DNA of 63,785 bases, filler included, from Calcarisporiella thermophila CBS 279.70 (Eukaryota; Fungi; Calcarisporiellomycota): NCBI RefSeq assembly GCF_041956535.1. It is 8 parts of 8 records of this genome, joined end to end, with 100 filler letters (N's around TTAATTAATTAA, not from the genome) between each part and the next. Parts side by side here need not be neighbours in the genome. Positions count along the whole stretch, not along the records: positions 54,151 to 56,208 come from NW_027192200.1; positions 56,309 to 61,911 come from NW_027192204.1; positions 62,012 to 63,785 come from NW_027192248.1; 5 more parts are not named here. One strand, given 5' to 3'. The translations under genes were made by a program, and so were the position numbers. This document shows, piece after piece, positions 54,765 to 63,785 of the stretch. The notes under the pieces are model-generated. The model saw only the letters and a list, made by a program, of their open reading frames with translations. It was not told the origin of the DNA and ran no database searches. Position 1 is the stretch's first letter. Every line of letters starts with the position of its first letter.

Positions 54765-56058
54765 GGACAAAAAAATGTGTCTGGATTCTCCACTAATTCT
54801 GTGCCTTGCTTGTCGTGTCCATGTTCTCTATTAGTATTATCTGTCTTTTCCATTCTGGTTCTCTACAATAATTCTCTCCGTCCTGTCGTGTCTTGCTCTT
54901 CCACTAGTACTGCCTCTGTCTTGTCGCGCCTGGCCTTTCCACTGTTATTGTCTCTCATTACTGTCCCTCGCTTGCCGTACCTGTCGTGTCTGCTTTTCTC
55001 TACTTGTCGTCTCTGATTACTTTACTATTATTGTTTCTTAATTGTTATCGATCCAGATTGTCGATAAGAATGGACAATGATCATCCAAACGAAGTAGCAC
55101 TCGTTGAACAACTAAGACACGAAATGCCAAAAACCGTGAGGTTCAAACGGTGGTCTGCGTTCATAGAGGTTAAAAATGAAACCTTCCATGAGTTTTAGTG
55201 TAAAGAAAGTTGGATACAAGTCCAAGGAGACGAATTATCCTTTATCCAAAACACATAACACAATATGATTATGCCGAATACCCTACCATCCGTACCTGCT
55301 CACTCACTAGATTCAGCGCTCTAACATCTCCATCTCTTATCGTATACATATTACAGATTTTATTCAAAATTTTTTCTTCTCCTTCTCATATTTCTACTAT
55401 TCTCTCTCCTTGAAAAATAGAAAAAGTATGCACACTCTCTGCACGTCCCGATTCTTGCACGTACTTGCTATTTGCTGATGTTTATCAATCTCTTTTATTA
55501 AGAAAATAAAAGAATACTTTTTAATAAAGATTCTCCTAATCAAAAAAAAAATTTAATTTTTTGCACATTGCAGTTTGGAAAATACGTGTTATCAACCTCA
55601 ATCACTTTCGTACAAATTCTTGGAGATTGTACAATTCAAGACTCCAAAACCACGAATTGCCAACAAAGGGTGATATCGAAAATTCGAGATATGACAACTT
55701 AGGTCGTCTACCAAACCTAATATCGGTCATAATGCATAACGCTTAACCATGCGAAACTACACTCAAAGAGCAGATGGAATGCGAGCTGCAGAAAATTGTG
55801 AGGTCCGAATGGTTGTCTGCGTCCACAGAGAATAAGAAAAGAAGAGTTAAAAGAGCTTTAACGTAAAGGAAGTTGTATACAAGTAGAACGAAGAGTTTAT
55901 GGGGCATTGGAAGGCGGCTACGAGTTCTTGGTGATAGACTATCTTCCACCTTAGTTCCCTAACCAATATTGTCACTGCTATGTTCTGAAAACCTCGATCC
56001 TTAAGTAAAAATTATCAAACTAGTCTATTAAATAAAATGAAATATTCTAGGATAATAT

Positions 56059-56131
56059 CGCCCGATGTGGGGGTCGAACCCACAGCCTTGGGATTAAAAG
56101 TCCCACGCTCTACCGATTGAGCTAACCGGGC
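56059..56131 (-). tRNA. tRNA-Lys (TTT)
   Basis: GCCCGGTTAGCTCAATCGGTAGAGCG-TGGGA-CTTTTAA-TCCCA-AGGCTGTGGGTTCGACCCCCACATCGGGCG. Confidence 0.95.
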
Positions 56132-56145
56132 TTTTCTTTGTTGTC

Positions 56146-56200
56146 ATAACTCGAGTCACATATCAAGCTATCCCAACGATATTCAAGCTCCGACATTAAT
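56146..56200. repeat. tRNA-upstream element, copy 2
   Basis: 46/55 identity to 3785..3839; separated by 14 nt from the 5' end of mature tRNA-Lys. Confidence 0.8.
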
Positions 56201-56499
56201 TAGGACCTNNNNNNNNNNNNNNNNNNNNNNNNNNNNNNNNNNNNNNNNNNNNTTAATTAATTAANNNNNNNNNNNNNNNNNNNNNNNNNNNNNNNNNNNN
56301 NNNNNNNNAAGTAAGAATTGTAATAAATTAATAAGGAGTTAAATCTTTCTCTCCAACTAAAAACCCCCGTCACAATATTCGAATAAAAGCTAAGCCCCAA
56401 AATTGATGGCTTGGTTTGATCCCAAATTAGGGTTTTTGCCAGCGGAGCTTAAAACTAGTTTATTAGGCGCTTGATTAACCTTGGAAAACAAGTACATAA

Positions 56500-58924
56500 T
56501 ATGCACTCCACTCACCAATCTTCTCAAAAAGGACACCCCGTTCGACTGGACACCCGAGTGCGACAGCGCCTTTAACCAACTCAAGCACGCTCTTACAACA
56601 TCGCCAACCTTAAAAATTCCCGACCCTCAGACTCCCTTCGTCGTAGCGACAGACGCTTCCGACTTCGCAATTGGAGCCGCGCTGATGCAGCCCGACAAAG
56701 ACAACGCGTTACAGCCGGTCGCCTTTGAATCAAGAAAAATGTTATAAGGAATATAAGGAAGGACACTTGGTTTTGCAAAGAAAAAATAAAGACAAGGTTT
56801 ATTCTAAAGACAAAAAGGGAAATTGACTAAAGAAAACTAAGGGAAAAGTGACATTGCGTGATTCCTAAAACTAATTCTGACGAATGATCGTGTGTCTTAA
56901 ATAATGTAAAAAGGCTAAAAGTATAACTAAGCTAAAGTGGGTTTCATGGGTAAATGCTTGTATTGTTCTCGGTGGATGGGTGTTGCTTGGTCTTTGATGG
57001 ATCAAGGTCGATGCTAAGCAAAGGTTCTAAGGACATTGAACTTGGCTAAGTTCATTTCCTTACAAATGTCGCCAGCTGAAAGGAACTACACCACCCACGA
57101 GAAGGAACTCCTTGCCATTGTCGAGGCGCTTCGCGAATGGCGCGTCTACTTGCATGGAAAGCACTTCAAAATATATACCGACCACGCACCACTGCGATAC
57201 CTCAACACACAGCCCACCCTGACGGGGAGACAAGCGCGATGGATGCAAACCCTCGAGAGCTACGACTACGAGATAATTTATCAGCCTGGCAAAAGCAACG
57301 TCGTAGCCGATGCACTGTCCAGAAGGCCGGACCTAACGATTAGCGCGATATCCACCTTGCAACCCCCTGAAGAATTCTTGACGGAAATCAAATCCAAGTA
57401 TACTAATGACCTTATATTTAACGACCTAGTGAAACATCTGGGAGACCCCGACTTGCCAGTACCGCGAGAGCTAAATCATCTGATCAAGTACTACGAGCTG
57501 CGGGATGGATTACTCTACTACGGAGACGAGAAAGAAGAAAAAAATCGCCTTTGTATTCCAGAAGATCCGGGGATTCGAACGAAACTGCTTCAGGAGAACC
57601 ATGATCTTGCAATAGCTGGACACTTGGGAGTGGAGAGAACTTATGAACGTATGCAACGCAACTTCTATTGGCCACGAATGATCGAGAGAGTCAAGAAGTA
57701 CATAAGAAGCTGCGACACATGCCAAAGAACAAAAGCAAACAACCGAGCCCCAATAGGCCTGCTCCAACCATTATCTACACCATCCCAGCGCTGGCAGCAA
57801 ATCTCTATGGACCTAATCACCCACCTACCAAAATCCAAAAGGGGTCACGACGCAATTATAGTATTCGTCGACAGGCTGTCCAAGATGGCTCACTTCGTCG
57901 CCACGAATACCACCGCCAACGCAGCCACCATTGCCAAAATATTCTTCGAGGTCATCTTTAGGCTCCATGGCATTCCACAAACTATTATATCAGACCGCGA
58001 CCCTAGGTTCATCAGTAACTTCTGGAAATCGGTACACCAACTCCTGGGAACGAAACTGGCTCTGTCATCAGCATACCACCCAGAATCCGACGGCCAAACA
58101 GAGAGAACGAACAGAACGTTGGAACAGATGCTCCGAGCCTACGCTTCGTATCATCAAAACGACTGGGATGAGCACCTGGTAGCGGCCGAGTTCGCATACA
58201 ACAATTCTAAACAATCCTCAACGCAAATGACTCCCTTTGAACTCAACTATGGACAACACCCACTCGCACCGACTAGCCTGCTGAACATGACCCAAAACCA
58301 GATCAATGTACCTGCCGCAGAGGAATTCCTACTTCGAATGTCTAATCTAATCAAGATCGCCTCGGACAACTTGACCACAGCAAAGGCAACTCAAGCTCAG
58401 TATGCAAATCAAAGCCGGCGAGAAGAAGAATTCAATGTTGGCGATAAAGTCATGCTATCCACCGCCAATATTAATCTCGTAAACCAAGCACGGCAAGCTA
58501 CGAAGAAGCTCTCGCATAAGTACATTGGCCCATACGAGATCACTGAAAAAATATCTCCAGTTGCATACTTGAATAACGCCCAAGAATTAGTTACCGAGTA
58601 CGAGGAACAAGCCAACAAAGAGGGGGAGCATTCTTAAGGTGGGGAGGGATGTAAGGAAACAGACCCGACACCTGTCACGACTACCAAATATTACCTAGTA
58701 CCAGTGACACTTAATTAACCTGTGTAACAATTCTCCATTCTCGCCTGATCTTGTTTATCGCCTGATTTTTCTTTGATTCCTTTAAATAGACAACTACATG
58801 TTATTAAACCTTACCTTGTTTTTTACCTAGTTTTTGACCTTGTTCTTAACTCAGTTTTACCTTGTTTTACCTTGTTATTCTTATTATTTTATTATTATAA
58901 AAACCTTGTTCTCGTCTCATTACA
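56500..58924 (+). mobile_element. Ty3/Gypsy (chromovirus-type) 3' remnant: RT-RH linker, RNase H, integrase, PPT 58636-58649, 3' LTR 58650-58924
   Basis: TDASDFAIGA, ERNYTTHEKELLAIV, GHLG..C..C zinc finger, ISMD/SDRD/DGQTE integrase core; purine tract followed by TGTAAG...ATTACA. Confidence 0.93.
56743..57064 (-). mobile_element. Solo LTR (322 bp) inserted in the Ty3 RNase H, 5-bp TSD AATGT
   Basis: Removing it restores ESRKMSPAERNY; termini TATAAGGAA...TTCCTTACA; AATGT at 56738-56742 and 57065-57069. Confidence 0.92.
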
Positions 58925-59210
58925 GTGGGAACTTTTGGGAGTAGTGCGTCTTGCAGCTCCCTCTCGGAATCGCTCTCTGACCCACTATGAAGAATTTCGG
59001 GTTGGGAACTCATCTTAAACGGAAGTATCCAGCTCAAAACGGCCGAGGAACATCTCCTTGGTCGATTCATATTTATAGCAAAATCACGTTCAGATTATCG
59101 TACGATTTTTTTTTTGTTTACGTTTTCTTTATTCTTTGTACCAGCTCATTTTATCCAATAAATCGGCCTCATCCTGAAGCGTGGACTGCTGACAAAGTCC
59201 GCAGTCTATT
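58925..59210 (-). mobile_element. 5' end of a DIRS-like element, cut by the Ty3 LTR
   Basis: 59135-59210 is the reverse complement of the terminus at 34960; the downstream acidic ORF start MSSQPEILHSGSESDSE runs into the LTR. Confidence 0.65.
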
Positions 59211-59320
59211 ACAAATTTATCAGTCTTACATCCCTGATTTGATCAAATTTCACTATGATTTATCGAGGTAAATCATTGTTTTATTTATGCTTTCTAACAA
59301 ATTTCGTTATGATATTTTTT

Positions 59321-59565
59321 TGTAGGGTAAAGAAAACTAAGGAAAAAGTGGCATTGATTGATTCCTAAATAATAATTCAGACAAATGATCGTGTCTTAAA
59401 TAATGTAAAAAAGGAAAAATATACAACTAAACTAAAGTGGGTTTTCATGAGAAAATACTTGTATTGTTCTTAGCGGATGAATGTTACTTTGCCTTGGATG
59501 GATCAAGGGCCTTGTTAAGCAAGGGTTCTAAGGACAATGAACTTGGCTAAGTTGATTCCCTTACA
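59321..59565 (-). mobile_element. Diverged, internally deleted solo LTR of the same family
   Basis: Aligns by eye with 56825-57064; TG...CA ends. Confidence 0.8.
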
Positions 59566-60195
59566 CTTTCCGTATGTTTGCTTCACGCCAATTTTCTGTA
59601 TGTGTTTCTGGGTTTATTCATTATCCCCGAATTTTAACTGGGGCGGTGCTCTACAGTTTATCCATAGTTTAGTTAACAATTTATTTACTCTTGATTTAGA
59701 ATGGATCTGTGCGCTTATATCCTTATAAAAAGCTAATCTGTTCAATTTACATTAACTCTTTGTATAAATTGGAATTGACTCAAGTATATAATAAGGGAAC
59801 GGTATCGTAGTCTAACCGCTAAACAGTGAGTATGAATGTATAAGAATATCTAAGAGGGATAATCCTTACTTCAATACCCTATCACTTTGACTAACAGAGA
59901 CGTTGATAGGGCAAAATACATTCATACTTGTCATTTTATTGGTGGCGATTGGCAATACGGCTATATCTGCAGTTTTCAGACGTATAAGATATGAATATCG
60001 GCTAAAACCTATAAAATATAAGGAAAAGAGTTCAATAAATATATAGAATTTTGATTAAGAATAAAAGCAGAATAGGGTGAGGACACATAATACTTAAGAT
60101 CATATCCATCTCTTCAATATAAAACCTTTTTTTCTCTTCTAAATAAGATCCTAATGGTTGAAACTGTTACAATAGCAGCAATAATCATCATCCCA

Positions 60196-61911
60196 TCAGC
60201 GACTTTTCCCCGAAAGCTCAACTGGCACGGCATCCCACCATATTGCATGTAGATTAGCACATGTGAAACGTTCTGTCCTGACAAAAATAGTGGCAGGATC
60301 AACCACCACACCGATCCCTACTCCCACCAAAGATTTCAGATGTTGTTGGTCTGCTCCGTCCCCAGGAAGTATAGCAACCATGCACCCGTGGTGCAATGCG
60401 TAAGCCAATACCGACATCTGTGCAGCACCACAGCTATGAACATAGGCTATGGTTGGTCTAGGTCCATGGGTTGGCGGTATGTACGGTTTCCAAACTGGGA
60501 ACTCCTCTGAATCTCCATCGGTTGCTGCTACGCTCATAAACCAACCGCCTCTCAGTTTTTTGACGGCGTAAGCTAACAGGTGCTCGCGCCATGTTTGTTT
60601 AACAGCAGCTTGAACTATAAAGGATGAATCACCCATATCAGATGCCTCATCAGACGCGCCAGGTGCGAAGTGTAGATGGCTAGGTGTTACTATCATGCCA
60701 ATATCCGCACCTCTTTTAAGGGCTGATTCTGTTGGCACTAGAGAAGACATTCCTAGAATGAGCCCAAGTGTTGAATTACCGCAGAAAAATTCTTCTATGG
60801 TGCATTGAGACTGAGTTACGCAGCGGTCATCCTCTGCCGCTAATGTACAGTGGATGGTTTGGCGGCTACGGGCCCAGCGGCACCAACCCATATAGACACC
60901 CCGTACCCACGTTGGTCTGGCTTCACTGGTATTTACAGGTAGGCTTGGACGCTTATTTCGGTGCCTTTCTGCCAATGAACAATTCCATAGTCGCTTCATT
61001 GTACCACAAACTGTGCCCTTGGATGAGAGTTCATAGGCGATTGGATTTCGCCAGGTGTCTAAATCAGCCATCCATCCAAATGATTGCCAAACTTCAGCGC
61101 TGTGTCCACGCGTATTAATTACTGCGCCAGTTCCAAGGGCCATAATGGCAATTTTAGCCCAGTGTATTTTGTTGGATGATGTCCTATCAGCATGTAGGGG
61201 GCATGGAATATTAATATCCACCCGTCGACCTGTGAGTAACTCCAATCGGGATGCAAGTTCTCTGAATGGATCTTGCTTGCCACAAACCCCTTTCATCGCA
61301 AATATTAAGAGGCGGATAGCCAATCCTTGCTCCAGAAGAGGCCGAAGCAGAACATCTACAAGAAACCATGGTATGTTGCTCACCAGAACTCGTAGCTCTT
61401 TTGTTTTCTTTTCAATTCTCTCCTCATCTCTGGCGAGAATAAGCTTATAACAGACCAGCAGAGATGTATGCACTGCCTCTGCTATAGTTACCACTCGTTG
61501 TGATCCCTCTAGCTGCCTTAATCCAACACTTACTGCCCTTCCACCAGAACTTGCAGCTATCACTCTTTGTAGAGCAAAACATTGGGCCTTCAACTTACCA
61601 ATTGTAGCAAGGAGCAAATTCAGTGTGGGTGCTGTCGCATGTGCCACACTAGGACTCACTTCATAATGTCCTGCTATTGACAGCGCTTGTAGGTAACCGG
61701 CTAAAGGCTCTGAACAAATCAGACGTTGCGATCCGAGTAGCCCAAAATGCCCTGTTGCATGCTCAATGAATTGCTCGGTTATCCATGCTCCAGGTCGGAG
61801 CGTTCCCTGCGTGATTGCAATGACGGCCCACTTTCCGACGTCTCTTACTCCTCGATCAGATACCCACCACTTCAATGTATCTGACTCATTCAAGCACTCG
61901 GTCAACCATGA
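60196..61911 (-). CDS. Intronless ORF (5' truncated) with a divergent GT-B/UDP-glycosyltransferase-like C-terminal half
   Basis: KIAIMALGT and YVHSCGA..YALHHG..VAILP..ADQ resemble GT1 N- and C-terminal motifs. Confidence 0.5.
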   Translation of the reverse strand, partial: SWLTECLNESDTLKWWVSDRGVRDVGKWAVIAITQGTLRPGAWITEQFIEHATGHFGLLGSQRLICSEPLAGYLQALSIAGHYEVSPSVAHATAPTLNLLLATIGKLKAQCFALQRVIAASSGGRAVSVGLRQLEGSQRVVTIAEAVHTSLLVCYKLILARDEERIEKKTKELRVLVSNIPWFLVDVLLRPLLEQGLAIRLLIFAMKGVCGKQDPFRELASRLELLTGRRVDINIPCPLHADRTSSNKIHWAKIAIMALGTGAVINTRGHSAEVWQSFGWMADLDTWRNPIAYELSSKGTVCGTMKRLWNCSLAERHRNKRPSLPVNTSEARPTWVRGVYMGWCRWARSRQTIHCTLAAEDDRCVTQSQCTIEEFFCGNSTLGLILGMSSLVPTESALKRGADIGMIVTPSHLHFAPGASDEASDMGDSSFIVQAAVKQTWREHLLAYAVKKLRGGWFMSVAATDGDSEEFPVWKPYIPPTHGPRPTIAYVHSCGAAQMSVLAYALHHGCMVAILPGDGADQQHLKSLVGVGIGVVVDPATIFVRTERFTCANLHAIWWDAVPVELSGKSR

Positions 61912-62079
61912 NNNNNNNNNNNNNNNNNNNNNNNNNNNNNNNNNNNNNNNNNNNNTTAATTAATTAANNNNNNNNNNNNNNNNNNNNNNNNNNNNNNNNN
62001 NNNNNNNNNNNATGAAAAAGCCACTATGACGTATCAGTTTCATTATGTCACTCTCAATATTACGTCTACAAAATGACAT

Positions 62080-62190
62080 CAGTGGGGAGACCTAACAACC
62101 TGCGCCTCCGTTGCCGCTGCCCTGTGCGACCGCCGCGCTGTCGCTGGTCCCCCGTCGCTGGTCGTCGCCGCCATTTTGAAAAAAATATTT
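62080..62190. mobile_element. Possible DNA-transposon terminus
   Basis: Starts CAGTGG; GC-rich island with repeated GTCGC/GCCGC motifs in very AT-rich, ORF-less DNA. Confidence 0.25.
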
Positions 62191-63489
62191 TTTTCTTCCA
62201 TTCAATATTTATATAGTATATTACAAATTATACAATACCCAACAACTTATTCTTTCACACAACTTATTCATTGTTCATTGTCTTTATCAAAATATATTTA
62301 TACAAATCCATTCTCCATTTTAACATAAATATACACCATCCTATTTTATCTCATAAAAAATTTAATTCCATCTTTTGCACTCATACAACCTTTCCACTAA
62401 CTCTTAGTCGCCATTCAACACTTCTCCGAATTGGAATTCTCCATTTCGACATTGTTAACTTTCACTCTTTATTGTATATTCACTTAGAAACATGTCTTGA
62501 ACACCTCTATATTATATACTCTACATTCTGAAATTGCTGAGAAATTGCATCCTATCATTGTACATAATATACTTATATTGCTTTTCTGCTAATTCTATTT
62601 TTATTATGCATCGAAATAATTTATCCGCTTCCTCCTAATTTTGGACCCTTTTAAATTTATTCGAAATCTCCCTCTTGACATATAGCTGTCTTATAAATTT
62701 TCTCTTTGAACCTTCCTTAAATACCACGTTATAATCTACTTCAATATTAAAAACTGTATTAATTGTTATTTCTCTTATTCTCGCCTTCACTTCCTCTGAT
62801 TCTCTCCATATACAATCAACGAACTTTCTAGTTTATACAATTAGTAATCCGTTACTTCGCTACAAATATGCTCTGAAATTCTGAAATCATCCCCTAATTT
62901 TATTTACAAAAATAAACCTTGTGATGATAACCAGGTAATCAATAGTGTTAAAAATACCCACACTTTTGGTACATCGTACCAATAAACTTAAATAATGCTA
63001 TAAACCTTTTACTACCGTGCCTGCCATAATCCATCCCTTTTCCTTTCTATGCAATACCTCTTACATCTAAAAATATCTTTTGGACTATTTATTATCAAGT
63101 TCAAAAAAAACCCCTAGATTTTCAAACTCGGATTCTGCACAACACTCTATTATATAAAATAAATTTCACTACTTTTATCGATGGCCTGTTCTTGGGTCTG
63201 AGCCTATTATTACATTGCTTGTTAAATAAGGTACGAGGATTCACTTTCTCCACTAAGTTAGCTGCTTTCACACCATGCTTATGAGTCCCTCGGCTTAACT
63301 ATATGTAATCCTTTTTTACATGCCACTTTTGTCTAATTTACCTTGCGAACTTTATAGTACTATCTTAAGAATTTAATTACTGATCAGAAATCCTTTTTTT
63401 TTCATTTCTTTTTTTTTCATATGCGATAATTTCAAGAGTTTTTTGTTACGACTGCAGAATAAAATACAATTGTCCGCGAATATTCAGCC

Positions 63490-63785
63490 TATAAGGAATA
63501 TAAGGAAGGACACTTGGTTTTGCTAAGACAAGGCTTATTCTAAAGACAAAAAAGGGAAATTAACTAAAGAAAACTAAGGGAAGAGTGACATTGAGTGATT
63601 CCTAAAACTAATTTTGACGAATGATCGTGTGTCTTAAATAATGTAAAAAAGGATAAAAGTATAACTAATCTAAAGTGGGTTTTCATGGGTAAATGCTTGT
63701 ATTGTTCTTGGTGGATGGGTGTTGCTTGGTCTTTGATGGATCAAGGTCGATGCTAAGCAAAAGTTCTAAGGACATTGAACTTGGC
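63490..63785 (-). mobile_element. LTR copy of the solo-LTR family (runs off the window)
   Basis: Near-identical to 56743-57046, including the TATAAGGAA terminus. Confidence 0.9.

Overview
Eukaryotic, AT-rich, intron-containing DNA from a fungus. The gene content (GDP-fucose pathway, GT10 fucosyltransferases, Crinkler-type NTPase-nuclease, DIRS and chromoviral elements) points to an early-diverging lineage such as Mucoromycota or Zoopagomycota; this is inference. The window is eight segments joined by seven artificial 100-nt N...TTAATTAATTAA...N linkers, so adjacency across linkers is not evidence of synteny. Genes: GH92 mannosidase between two inverted initiator tRNA-Met genes, MFS transporter, a spliced 782-aa fusion of a Glu/Leu/Phe/Val dehydrogenase with HPPD-like VOC domains, crotonase, Crinkler-like protein, isocyanide synthase-TauD fusion, NmrA-like protein, GDP-mannose dehydratase (in-frame stop) beside two fucosyltransferases, M13 peptidase, HD hydrolase, tyrosinase with a (Gly-Asn)n tail, Ypk/Gad8 kinase pseudogene, chromodomain protein and EamA transporter. 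It also holds tRNA-Lys, a tRNA-Gly-like relic and nested DIRS/Ty3/solo-LTR elements. Best leads: the dehydrogenase-dioxygenase fusion locus, an unannotated 55-aa secreted scorpion-toxin/defensin-like peptide, a 55-bp element at exactly the same distance upstream of two unrelated tRNA genes, and the isocyanide synthase fusion.
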